Source of the DNA: Nemertoderma westbladi
Lineage: Eukaryota; Animalia; Xenacoelomorpha
Direction of reading: 5' to 3'
NCBI GenBank assembly: GCA_032718475.1
Contig: JAUCBJ010002942.1
Coordinates: forward strand, 22,802 to 86,801
Length of the DNA: 64,000 bases
The notes beneath the pieces are model-generated. The model had not been told where the DNA came from. It saw only the letters and a list, made by a program, of their open reading frames with translations, and made no database searches. Positions 49,396-62,077 of the stretch are shown here, piece by piece; the stretch's first letter is position 1; the number at the start of each line of letters is the position of its first letter. Position numbers and translations under genes: made by a program.

Positions 49396-50582
49396 CAAGG
49401 ACTTCTAGAATATAGTATATATTCATCATCATTCATCCATATATCCATATATTCATTCATCATCATATATCATGTATCATTGGTTGGAGAATATACCAAA
49501 TAGAATAGAGAAAGTAATGCCACATATTGGAGTGTGTGCGCGACATTGGCCAGAAAACGCTGAGATGATCAAGATGAAAAGGTATGAACGACCACTGGAG
49601 GCTCCATCAGTTTTCGGAACTGATATAAACAACAGACAAACTTCATCAACATCAAGAGAAGTTAATAAGCGTCGAGTAACCAAAATCAACAGGGAGATGA
49701 ACTAGCGGAATTCATTCAGTTAGATAAAATATCACCTGATCTCATGAGTTTGACAAAAGATCTGTCAGAAAGAGCACTTGTTAATAAACTCGGTTTAACG
49801 ATTGTGCCACATACATGTAGTGTCTCCACTCCATCATAAAGTTGGAATTTGGTCTGTTGGATAGTCCGAAGATTGTATATTCAATCGGCATTGATGACTG
49901 GTTCCATGTCACCTCACCTGTTGTAACACTAGATGTAACATTTGGCGGAGTACTCAGTCGATGGTCACAGCTGGAAGAAATTATCATTAGGTGTGAAAAC
50001 TACTCATCTACCAATGATATAGAGGATGTGGTCAGTGGGGTTTGTAGGAAATTGAATGAGAAAGGGAAATAAAAGGAAGAAAATCGAAGGGAAGGAGAAT
50101 AGAATCTTCAATTTCCAGTAAACAATAATAAGTCTAACAAGTCTAACTGTACTCTGGGATAAACGTATAAAAACTGCCTCTGTGCAGCTGTACAGATTAT
50201 ACATATTTCGAAATGTTGTGGCTCGTATATTTTATTAGGAGTTCGGTTTCAGTGGTAGATACAGTCAGTTATTTCACACAACTTATTTCAAAGGTTATTT
50301 CGAATATCTTTCAACAGTTAGTTATTTTGAACTAATAAATTATCGCTAGCAAATTGTCGTAAAATATTTACATTAAGTACATTAGTACATTAGGTTGTTA
50401 GCAATACAAATTAAAAACATTAAAAACGTTCGCATTAAAAACAATGAAAGGAAATTTAGAAGTTTACTTCTGTAAATTAAAATAATTAGGCCTACACTGA
50501 ATAGAAAAACCGGCCTCTAATAAAATTAACACTGTATGCGAGCATCGCGTCCTGAATATATGCTATGTTCTAGAAGTCCTTG
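49396..50582 (+). mobile_element. P-element-like deletion derivative with THAP remnant
   Basis: ~30-bp TIR CAAGGACTTCTAGAA.ATAG.ATATATTCA; 7-bp TSD GTTTTAT; IGVCARHWP..RPLEAPSVF resembles the THAP C-terminal half. Confidence 0.8.
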
Positions 50583-50984
50583 GTTTTATCGTGATCAGCG
50601 ACCTTGAAAACCCTTATACCATCAGAATTTTAATATTTGAACCAAGATCTAAAAAAAAATATAAAATGACCCCCCCCCCCCCCCCCCCCCCCCCCCTGGG
50701 CCAATTAAAGTTACAAAATAGCCCGGGCCATTGTATTATGATCTTTTAATCAAGAATATAGCCAACGGGGCGTAAGCCGGGAATGAATGAATAAATGGAG
50801 CAATTGTCACGTTGTTGGAGGGGGTGGGGGTGGGGCACATTGCACACATGGACAACCGTGCGGGCCATCACCAAATTGGTGCATTAACTATTAGTAAGTA
50901 CTCCTTTCCTGGATATGAATATATATAATAATATATGATATATATGGAATGGAAATAAATGGTTTGGTTCCACAAGCAGTACCT

Positions 50985-51062
50985 CATCTAGGTCCCTAGT
51001 GGTTAAAAATCCGTTGACTTAAAGGCACTCCAGAAATCAAGGGTTCGAGCCCCACAAGGAGT
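50985..51062 (+). pseudogene. tRNA-derived remnant (SINE head or tRNA pseudogene)
   Basis: tagtggttaa D-loop-like motif, gacttaa loop, B box ggttcgagccc; no clean acceptor stem. Confidence 0.35.
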
Positions 51063-51588
51063 ATGATAAAATATAGGAAATTGTAGAGAATCATCTTCAC
51101 CCACTTAATGTACATTACCTAGTCATATACAATATAACACAATATTGCATTTATACGTTTATTTATTTGTGTGGAATTAATTTCCCACTATGAAATCGCC
51201 AGGGCGACATATTTTCTAACTCTATATCGCAGTGCGACGACATTATTTCTCAGTATGTCCCTACGCCATACATTTTACTATGTATTTCCAGTATGTCACC
51301 GTATCATTATTAGGTTGTTCTAGAAAGTTTAAGTGCATAACTACAACTGATTCCCCACAAATGAATAAAATTAGATTCTCCATTGATCATAATTAGCACA
51401 TTAAAGCTTTTACGGCCCTCGTTCTAATATTCACTCGTATATATCACTCGTGCCGTAACGCTATAATGTGCTATTTTATGAACAATGACGTATATAGTTA
51501 TTATATATACAGATATATGTTTTAATAACCACATAACCGAGACAACCTGATGCTAATTATTATTCTAAGATACTGTAGTAACTATCGC

Positions 51589-52320
51589 TCAGATTTTAAA
51601 TGGCGGAAGACCCCACAGCTCCGGTACGAATTCATCCAGAGACTGTAGAATCTGTGCGGCCATTCCCCGACACACATCGGCACCCGTCCGGCTGTCCGGA
51701 ACCCAAACGCACGGCATTCCGGCCGCTCGGGCCGCTAGGACACCGTTAGGAGCGTCCTCGAATACCAACACGGAGCTGGGATCAACCGGGGGACGAGCGA
51801 AGCGAGCCGACGCAACGAGAAAGCAATCCGGAGCGGGTTTACCTGCGACGACTTCCGGGTCGCTTCCACTGTAAACCATATGCGAGAACATTGAGAAGAG
51901 ATTGGAGTGGCGGGATGACTTAAGGAGATAAAGTTCCTTAGAGGAACCGGTAGCCATTGCAATGGGAATACCGTGTTCGTACAGATGACTGACCAATCGC
52001 AATGCTCCCGGCAGGACGTCGCAATGCGGAAAAAGAAGATCTAACTTTTGTTTTTTGATGGCGGCGAATTGTTCAACCGGGACAGGGATATTCAACTGTT
52101 CCATTATTATTTGGTTGGCCTCGCTAGCTTTGCGGCCCATACAACGTTGTTTGAGGTCCCATGTATAGGACTCCGGCGGAACTCCACACTCACCTATTGC
52201 TGCCGCAATGCCCTCACTATAAAGGCGTTCCGTATCTAATAGCAACCCATCCATATCGAATATAACATGGGTAATGTTACCAAGGGAACGTTCACTACCA
52301 CCCATATTGGATGTTGCCAT
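51589..52320 (-). CDS. PUDP: Pseudouridine-5'-phosphatase (HDHD1/GS1-like HAD hydrolase), intronless CDS
   Basis: HAD motif I FDMDGLLLDTE, ATGS, GKPAPDCFL, FEDAPNGV, family-typical C-terminus FVPELWGLPPF; 243 aa intact. Confidence 0.9.
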   Translation of the reverse strand: MATSNMGGSERSLGNITHVIFDMDGLLLDTERLYSEGIAAAIGECGVPPESYTWDLKQRCMGRKASEANQIIMEQLNIPVPVEQFAAIKKQKLDLLFPHCDVLPGALRLVSHLYEHGIPIAMATGSSKELYLLKSSRHSNLFSMFSHMVYSGSDPEVVAGKPAPDCFLVASARFARPPVDPSSVLVFEDAPNGVLAARAAGMPCVWVPDSRTGADVCRGMAAQILQSLDEFVPELWGLPPFKI

Positions 52321-54632
52321 GGTGAATTGTTAGTAAAACGTGAGATTTAGTCATATACTTCTGTAACAACCGGTTCCGAATTACACAGTACAGATATGTG
52401 TTCTACAGTAGTACAGATACTGTAGGGGGGTAGATCTTCTTTTTCCGGCGTCTCTTTAGACTCAAAACCTCTGACAGGTGTGTGGGTGTATATAACTGAT
52501 AACAACTTATAACATGTTACTAACGTAGGTGGTTGTGTCTGTGTGTAACCAATAATGGTGGGGGGTTGTACAGAAACGCTCAAATCTTCACTTTCACTGC
52601 AGTAACGTTTTAGGTTATTGCAGTTAGGGATTAGGTTACTGCATTAAAGTTTTATGTAACTGCAGTAATGATTTATATTACTGCTTTCTGCTTTACAGAA
52701 CTGTAGCTAGTATTATTAATTATTTACAGTTGTAGCTCTGTTTCAAGAATTAAAAAGGAGCAGTTTACAGTGGCGGAAATTTCTAACAAAAAAAAGCAAT
52801 ACTATAACCCAAGTACACTGGTAACAGATTTACAGACCTTGTTACGTACACAAGTTGTCTCTATGCCTTTTTCTTATTTTTTAGCGCATATTTATTTTTA
52901 TTTCTTTCTAGGTACTACTGTATGTAATTCGTTTATTGTTTTGGTTAGTTTCAGCCCTTCTGTGGCCTGAGTTTCTATGTTTCTCATGGGAGTAAACTAC
53001 AAAGTGAAATATAGCAGACGAGGCGAGACATCTGTTATACCGGTAGGCTACTGTACTTCACAAGGGCCGCTAATTCGAAAAGTGTGATTTAATTTTTTAT
53101 TCTTTATTACGTTTTATATAATAATAGTCAGGTCGATTTAGGAGCAATTTTAGGTGTACCCGGAAAAAAATGTTACCAAGCCAAATTTGGTATAATTAGA
53201 AGCGCAAATTTATGCTCTTTAAGAATATCGAAAGTCCTCCGCAGCATACCTTGGGCAACATTTTTTATAGCCATTTTCTTGAACCCTATCCATAAGTAAA
53301 ATCAATTCAAATTTACTTGATCTTCACTTGGAATATTTCATCGTTGCTAAGAGACAATGGAATATTTCATATTCGTATCTGTTAATTACATACATAATTG
53401 TATACATAATATAGACTGAAATTTACCGGTGTTAGCTAGTAGTTTACCCCACTCACGCCTGGTTGCTGGCGTTATATTGGTTCCAAGGAAAGCAAAGCTT
53501 GAATTTGACCTATTATTTTTATTATTACGCTCTCCAAACTTAGTAATGAGTTAGATCTGGGGTCTAGTTTTGCATGGCTGACTCATCAACTGAACATACT
53601 GTAAGGGACATGCCTATCAAAAGACTCGACTGGCTTGTATGCACACTAGTTAGATGTGTTTAATTATTCTGAAAATATAATGGGGTATGGTAAATTCCAT
53701 ATAGACATCATCTCAACATTTCACAATAAAAAATTTCGTTCTTTATTCGTCACTTTCGGGCACCGGTAGGACACTTAGCTATTATGGTAGCTAGCTAATT
53801 TTTCAAAAAATTCAATATTAATTTTTTTAAATGCAAATATTTCATGATTAAATTATTCCTCGACATCGATGCAACATTAAATAATCAAAATATTATATTC
53901 TGGAACACTGTTGTGGTAGCTAGTAAAGATTTGTCAAAACCTAATAGGCAATTATTTTAGTAAGTTTAAATTTTAATAAGTTAGTACCGGTAGTAAGTAA
54001 GTTTTGTAAGTTTTCTAATGCAAATTTTATACTTGGAAATACATTATAAATTGATTCTATCATGTTTTCTTTCTGTTTTAGAAAATGTTCTACAAATTAA
54101 GTAGATATGTTTTTTTTATGGTAGCTAGTATTTTTTTACTAGCTAGTATTTATTGAAATTATAAAAAAATGTCAAAAAATTGATATTTCAGGTTTAAACT
54201 ACAACAGGATAACCAAATGTTTACAGTTTCTATACATTTTTTTTAATTACAAAAAATACTAGCTAGTAAAAAATAACACTACAGTAGCTACCATAAAAAA
54301 CATATCTACGAATTTTATAGACCATTCAACAAAACCAAAAAACCGTTAAAAAACACTATTAAAGGAATGGTGAAAAAATGGCAGGGGGTGTCGACAGGAC
54401 AAAGTATGGACCCTTTTTGCTTTACTAGTGCCCATGGATCTCTTTTTGAGGAACATTCTCACATGAATTAACTACATAAAATCTGTAGTGATGAAATATG
54501 AAATCTTGGATACAGTCCGCACCAATGTCAAAAATGAATAATAAAAATGATTTATAATTTGAAATCTAATGGTCCATGAATGTATATTTTTCTTTTGATA
54601 TACCAGTACAGTAGCAATATTTTATATTACAA

Positions 54633-54893
54633 ATGAACATGGAAGAAGTAAGTAAGAAAGCAAAATTTAATGGAAATAATATGTGTGTTATTTGTGGCAC
54701 ACAATTCCAGTCTGTAGCTGATCAAGTAACTGTTACTCGTGGACTGCCTAATCTCATAACTTATAGTGAGCTGCATGGTATAGAGGATCTTCACAGACAT
54801 CTTGTTCAACAGTCTAGTACTGTACTGTACCTCCTGGCGTCGTTCTTGTTCACAAAGAATGCCGTCGCCAATTTGTTGATTCAAAACGTTTAA
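54633..54893 (+). pseudogene. Possible DNA transposase N-terminal remnant (Academ-like)
   Basis: CVIC..VTVTRGLPNL..DL, then after a frameshift VLVHKECRRQF; family assignment from memory of the motif only. Confidence 0.35.
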
Positions 54894-54925
54894 ATAAAGA
54901 AACATCGATTGTAATACAACTGAAG

Positions 54926-54958
54926 CATGGCGTTCTATTATTAGTATAGAACGCCATG
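54926..54958. mobile_element. 33-bp P-element-type excision footprint / minimal MITE
   Basis: CATGGCGTTCTAT..ATAGAACGCCATG (13-bp perfect IR) flanked by (a/t)ACTGAAG 8-bp duplication. Confidence 0.7.
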
Positions 54959-56044
54959 TACTGAAGTCTGTACATAAAAGAAAGTTACTGTTCTGTTCAG
55001 TCAGGACACTGCCATGAGATTGAACCTAATTTTTGATCACTTGTTTCCATATCTACAGTATCATTGCAAGTAATTATAAAGCAATAGGAGTAGCTTGTGA
55101 TTTTTAAGGAAGAATTTAATTTCTATTTTCTCTAAATTGATTCAAGGGTACGATTTAAATATAACAAAGATTTTTCAAAAATATGGTTTAGAAGAAATAA
55201 CAATTCTTACTAGCTATTTTTAATCAGTTTTTGACATACAGTATATTAATCTTATAGAACATATCCCGCGGCAAAAAATGTATTTATTTTTTATGGTAGG
55301 TACCGGTAGTATTTTTGGTTTAGCTATTGCTTTAAAAAAATTTACTAACTATTTCTATGATAAATTTTTGACATTAATGTTCTAGAATATATCCCACATC
55401 AAAAAATATAATGTTTTTCTATTGTACAGTAGCTAGTATTTTAAATATATATTACGGTTCATCGTAATATAGTGTCATTTTCTGATGACACGGACATCCC
55501 ACCCCCCCCCCCCCCCCCCCCCCCCGATTTTTCTACAAATTTTTATCATATTGCTTGAAATTTGAAACACAACTAGTCCCACTCACCGTCGTTGACCCCA
55601 TGAAGCCGGAATTTTCGATTTCGCCTTTAATTTTTTTTAAAAAGCGTTTTAAAAAAGTCCCTTTTGCAAATCGCCTTCCGTATCGTGGCCAATCTTCGCA
55701 TTAGTTATAATTTTTTCATATCATTAGAAAGCTTACGTTGCAAGGATTCCAAATATGTAACAATACCTGAATTTCGTTGAGAAACAGCTGAGATATAGGC
55801 GTTCAAAGATTGCAAGAATTATCATTCGCTAGATGTCATTAATTCTATTTAATAAATACACAATGTTCTGGAACATTTTGTTTAAGTATGAATAGCTACG
55901 CAATAGAGATATTGGATAGGAATACCGATGTTGCCCACCAACTCATAAAATAAATAACACGTTCTAGAATTCTGTGTATTTATTAAATAGAATAAACGGC
56001 CTGCAGCGAACGATAATTATTGCAATCTTTGAACGCCTATATAT

Positions 56045-56413
56045 AGGCCCGTTTCCGCGCAGCATTTTTTTGAGCTTTTTTAAGCTTTTTTTAGTTAAAA
56101 CAATTTCTAGAAATTAAGTGCTTCAAGATGAATCTGAGAATATTCGAATGCTAAAATCTAAAATATAGAATAAAGCTCCAAAAAAAGCTTGAAAAAAAAG
56201 GTCAAAAAAAGCTAGAAAAAAAGCTGGGCGAATATCATAATTATCTAATTCTAGAACATTCTTATTACATCTTAATTTTAACTGAACGTTAGAAAAGACA
56301 TACCAAGCTTGAAAAAAAGCTTGAAAAAAAGCTCAAAAAAAAGCTAGAAAAAAACAGCTCAAAAAAAAAAGCTCAGAACACCTCACATAAAAAAGCAGCG
56401 CAGAAACGGGCCT
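56045..56413. mobile_element. Harbinger/Tourist-like MITE nested in the foldback element
   Basis: TIR aggcccgtttc(c/t)gcgc(a/t)gc; 3-bp TAT flanks. Confidence 0.6.
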
Positions 56414-56725
56414 TATATATCAGCTGTTTCTCAACGAAATTCAGATATTGTTACATATTTCGAATCCTTGCAAGGCAAGATTTTTAAAGATATGAAAAAA
56501 TTACGACTAATGTAAAGAATGGCAATGATACAGAGGGTGGGATTTCGCAAAAGACACTTTTTTAAAACGCTTATTAAAAAAATTTAAAGGCGAAATAGAA
56601 AATTCAGGTTTCATGGGGTCAACGACGGTGAGTGGAACTAGAGGTGTTTCAAATTTCAAACAATATGATAAAGATTTGTAGATAAATCTGGGGGGGGGGG
56701 GGGGTCCGTGTCATCAGAAAATGAC

Positions 56726-58232
56726 TACTACTACTAGGATCGGCATGCTGCATTGCAGCTGCATTTTTAAGAATGCGGTGCCGGCTTGTCAACAAAATTG
56801 CACCGCCACAACTCCCTATCACCCATGACATTTGCTAGATCATCCGCATCTTCAAGGCCAGTGTCCTTTAAGATGCGTCTCAAGAAAGTCATGGGCTGTC
56901 CACCATGCTTATTCACTCCATGAGGCTGCCAAAGTACAAGATTATGCACTGGCTGGTCCTCACAGCGAAAGCAATGTCCTGCAAAGCGGAGGCGATTTTG
57001 TTCTAGTTGGGGGAACCAATGAGACACCTCCAATGTTATATAGTGTCTGATTGGAGATGTGTGCATTGTACTTGACACAATTAACCCGGCGTAGCATTCT
57101 TGTGAATGTGCCATCCAGAGATTTGGTGTCCTCAGCAGTTAGAGTCCAGCATGGACTCCCGTAGAGGAGTACTGGAACTACTGCTGCTCTAAATAATCGG
57201 ACCTTAAGTTTCCGATTAATTCTCGGTGACTTCCAAATCCTGGAAAGCCTATTCAAGGCTGCCCATGCCTTTCCCTTACGCATTCGAAGGTCCTCACCTG
57301 ACTTCCGGATCCATGATCCCAGGTAACAGAAGTCGTCCACATGCTCAAGCATACCATCCTTTGAGCTTATGCTCATCCGATCGGAGACTTGCTGAGGACT
57401 TTCAAAGTTAACTGTCAAAATTTTGGTCTTTCTGGAGTTAATAAAAAGACCAACACTAGAAGCAGCATGTTCTAATGAGCTGAGGAGCCGTTGGGCTCTC
57501 TCTAATGTTTCTGAGAGTACTCCTAAGTCATCAGCAAAGTCTAGATCAGTTTGGTACTTGGCAGGATTTCCTCGACTTCTGGAGCCAGTAGGTGGAGTTA
57601 TCATCACCCCATCATCATTATGATGATCTAAGGACATGCGTAGAACATAGTCAACCACAATAATGAACAAGAATGGTGCAAGTGTGTCTCCTTGGAGGAC
57701 GCCCCATAACACTTCAAATGGTTCTGTGTCACCGTCAACAGTAGACACAAATGTTGTCGAACCATCGTATACTGATCTGATTGCTGCAATAATTTCATCA
57801 GGAATCCCATATAATGAAAGTATGCTGAACATACGTGAGCGAGAGACTGAATCAAAGGCCTTGAAGAAGTCAACAAAGATAACAGCCAGATGCCTGTCTT
57901 TCTTTTTTGATAATTCTTCAATTATCCTTCTAAGTGCCAAAATGGGCTCCATGGTCCCACGACCTTTACGGAACCCATTTTGATTTCCACGGAGCAGTCT
58001 CTCAATGGGATCCCTGATGCGATTTAATAGAATCCTATTGTATAGCTTTGTAGCAATCGAGATGAATGAGATTCCCCGAAAAGAACCATAGAGTGTTAGG
58101 TTGTCCTTCTGGGAACTGGCACCAACTTATTTGTTTTCATTTCTTGTGGGACTCTTGTTGTTCGGTACATGTCTACTATGATGGGATAGATGAGCTTTAA
58201 ACACTCAGGTATTTTAAAGACCTCAGGGGGAA
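56726..58232 (-). mobile_element. 5'-truncated RTE-like LINE family A with RT domain
   Basis: ORF 56960-57952: FVDFFKAFDSV, QGDTLAPFLF, LDFADD, FCYLGSWI; (TAG)n tail; 11-bp TSD CAGAAAATGAC (56715-56725, 58233-58243). Confidence 0.93.
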
Positions 58233-59016
58233 CAGAAAATGACACTCCTGTATATTACGGGACATGGTGTATAATAGTATAAATAAAAATTGAAAATTTT
58301 AATATGACATTTTCTGTATATTTTCTGATGTTCTAGAACAAATATATTTTGTTCTAGAACATTTTTAGAAAAAATCTGGATTCTATTTAAAACGCATGGA
58401 ATCGTTTTAAAACGTGTAAAACTTTAAATATTTAATTTAATAAAAAGAAATTCAAAATTTGTTTCCTAACTTTTTTTTATTGACTTAAACACGTTTTGGA
58501 ACGACTCCATGCGTTTTAAATAGAATCCAGATTTTCTCTAAAAAATGGTCTAGAACAAAAAATATTTGTTCTAGAACATAATTCTCTTAAAAACTGAATA
58601 GCTAACATGTTCTGGAACAATAAATGAAGCAAAAAAGCAAAAGATGAGTCCAGAAAATGTTATATTAAAATTTTCAATGTTTTTTATACATACAGTACCA
58701 TATCAATGCCTTTTTAATCTAGCTGGTGTTTAAAAAATTTACTAGCTATATTTAACCCTTTGCTGCTCGAATTATTTTTACCGGTTTAAAATTTTTTTTA
58801 GGTTAGATAAACTGAAAACAGTCTAAAAGAACACATTAATGCCAAAAAATTTTTTTTTTTAATATTTGAATATTTTTAATGAATGTTGTTCAGGAACAAC
58901 AATGAGCATTAATGGTAGCAATAATAATTGGTAAAATAGTATCAGATTCATCTTCCCCACTATCATTACTATCTGTTATGACAATTGAATACACCTTCTC
59001 TTTGTTCTGGTACCGA

Positions 59017-59788
59017 ACTACTACTCCTAGGATCGGCATGCTGCATTGGAGCTGCATTTTTAAGAATGCTGTGCCGGCTTGTCAACAAAATTGCACCGCC
59101 ACAACTCCCTATAACCCATGACATTTGCTAGATCATCCGCATCTTCAAAGCCAGTGTCCTTCAAGATGCGTCTCAAGAAAGTCATGGGCTGTCCACCATG
59201 CTTATTCACTCAATGAGGCCTTCAAAACACAACATTATGCACTGGCTGGTCATCACGGCGAAAGCAACGTCCTGCAAAGCGGAGGCGGCTTTGTTCTAGT
59301 GTCAAGCTTGGGGGAACTAATGAGTGGCACCTCCAATGTTTTATAGTGTCTGGTTGGAGATGTGTGCATTGTACTTGACACAGTGAACTACTACTACTAC
59401 GATCGGCATGCTGCATTGCAGCTGCATTATATATGTATTACATATATATTAAGAATGCTGTGCCGGCTTGTCGATGAAATTGCGCCGCAACAACACTCTA
59501 TCACCCTTGACATTTGCTAGATCATCTGCATCTTCAAGGCCAGTATCCTTTAGGATGCGTTTCAAGAAAGTCATGGGCTGTCCACCATGCTTATTCGCCA
59601 AAGCACAAGGTTATGCACTGGCTGGTCATTACGGCGAAAGCAATGTCCTGCAAAGCGGAGGCGGTTCCGTTCAAGTGTCAAGCTAGTGGAGATTAATGGA
59701 ACACCTCCAATGCTCATAGAGTTTGGTTGGAGATGTGTTCATTGTACTTGACAGAGTGAACTCTGCGCAGCATTCTTGTGAAAGTGCC
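59017..59788 (-). mobile_element. Two head-to-tail 3' fragments of RTE-like LINE family A
   Basis: Each has its own (cta)n tail (59017, 59388) and matches 56726-57110. Confidence 0.88.
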
Positions 59789-60227
59789 TGTGAAAGTGTG
59801 AAATAAAAACGAATAACAGTGTCATTATAGCTTTCTTATATGGGCAATGTTGTTGTGGGACAACAATCTTTAAAACACTACTCACTTGGTTAAAATCTAT
59901 TAACAATCTATTGGAGCATTCGAAAATCATCTTAGACATGTTTTCCTATCTACTCAATTTTTTTGGAACGGAAAAATTAAAGGGAATTGTCTTTTTTAAC
60001 AACATGAATGCACATGTTTTTTCAATTACAGCTTATTGAAGCATAGGCTCACAATATGTAAACCAATGTTCAAATTTCCCTCTGGAAAGCAAAGGAAACG
60101 GGATCATAAGGTACAATAAACATGTTGACAACACCATATCAACCAATCAGATTTCACATATTACCATTCTGAGATTAGGAGAGCCAATAATAGGAATGTT
60201 GTTCAGGAACAACACTGAGCAGCAAAG

Positions 60228-60765
60228 GGAGGACTACGGAATTAGTGGGGAGGAGTACGGAACTAGTGGGGAGGAATACGGAACTAGTGGGTATGAGTAC
60301 GGAACTAGTGTGAAGGAGTACGGAACTAGTGGGGAGGAATACGGAACTAGTGGGGATGAGTACGGAACTAGTGTGAAGGAGTACGGAACTAGTGGGGAGG
60401 AATACGGAACTAGTGGGGAGGAGTACGGAACTAGTGGGGAGGAATACGGAACTAGTGGGGAGGAGTACGGAACTAGTGTGAAGGAGTACGGAACTAGTGG
60501 GGAGGAATACGGAACTAGTGGGGATGAGTACGGAACTAGTGTGAAGGAGTACGGAACTAGTGGGGAGGAATACGGAACTAGTGGGGAGGAGTACGGAACT
60601 AGTGGGGAGGAATACGGAACTAGTGGGGAGGAGTACGGAACTAGTGGGGAGGAATACGGAACTAGTGGGGAGGAGTACGGAACTAGTGGGGAGGAGTACG
60701 GAACTAGTGGGGAGGAGTACGAACGAGTGGGGAGGAGTACGGAATGTGGGGAAGAGTGCGGAACT
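60228..60765. repeat. 21-bp minisatellite ggaggagtacggaactagtgg
   Basis: ~25 copies with recurring variants (gat/gtgaag). Confidence 0.95.
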
Positions 60766-62077
60766 CTAAGGACTTCAGAGGCTGCAAATATTTATTATCT
60801 ACAATAATAATTATAGTGAGTAATCTTGTATGGCGTCTCTTTAGGGTCAATATTCAGTGTTTTAATATTTTTTATTCAGTATAAATTTACATTCAGTAAT
60901 AATTAATATCTTTCAGTCGTTCTACAATATCTTTTAGTAATTAATAAATTATCGTTCAGTAATACTGAATTATCTTTCAGTATTTACTGAATTATCTTTC
61001 AGTATTTACTGAATTATCTTTCAGTATTTACTGAATTATCTTTTCAGTATTTACTGAATTATCTTTCAGTAATACTTAATTATCTTTCAGTAACGTATTT
61101 ATCTTTCAGTGATTATCTTTCAGTAATACTTAATTATCTTTCAGTAACGTATTTATCTTTCAGTGATTATCTTTCAGTATTTGCAATAGCATATCAGTAT
61201 AAAATCACTCGTTATAATAAATTCCGTATAAATTCCTTTATCTCTCTATTGAATTCAATAGGCCAATCACAAAAAAGGCATATTCTAGAATATATAATGT
61301 TAATTTACGAAAACTGTCGACGGTGCAGTATGGCCTATGCAGTATGAAGTTACACTAGGCTACACAGTTTGTTGTTAGTTATGTATTAGCGTGATATATT
61401 TAATTAAGTGTAAGAAACTGAGGAAGAATAAACTGCAATGCCGCGTTTTTGTGGAGCATGTGGTTCAGCAAATTAACTGAATTTCTGTACTAGTTGCGGT
61501 CGTTCTCTTTTAGTGGATGATACTCCCACCATTCACAATCGCAATCTAAACGAGAATACAAATCCATCGACCTCGCCACCACCTATGCCAAATGCGTTTA
61601 CAGTAGATTCGGTAAGGGAAGCTGTCCGAGCGGAATTGTCGACTAGTTTCTCCCCTTATAGAATTCAAGTTCCGGCAAATTCGCCTACAATGTTTAACGC
61701 TGCTGCGAATTCGGTACCTCGCTCCGGCACAGCGGGCGGTTCTAGACGGAGAGTTACTAGCCGGGTTCCGTTGGGAGGCCGTCGACAAGGTCGTCCTTCT
61801 ACAGAACCGTTAAGTATAACACGTGACCTGCGTATTCTTCGAGCCGCTTCATCTGAACTTGAAACCGATTCTAGAATTCTCTACCTGGAAGTTCGCCCTT
61901 CTAACCTTTGAAGTGAATGACTCTAAAGAAGTAATAAGACAAAAAATTTCCAAAATTCTAGAACAGGCGGAGGCTCCAAAGTTCTCGGAAAATGACTTCA
62001 ATTTCGTTAAGGTAGTTAGCTGAATAGTTATAGTTTTGCCCTTTGGGAAGGTTGATTTTAAAATTTCACCAGTAAAC

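Larger units (their letters stand above)
55471..58250. mobile_element. Tc1/mariner-like foldback MITE with long TIRs, containing nested insertions
   Basis: >300-bp imperfect IR (55473-55795 vs 56420-56725); right end gacactcctg|ta displaced by the LINE insertion. Confidence 0.7.

Noticed and set aside
60196-60807. 203-aa (EEYGTSG)n ORF as a repeat protein
   Set aside because: Almost entirely the 21-bp minisatellite, with no signal peptide or recognisable domain; cannot be excluded without RNA data.
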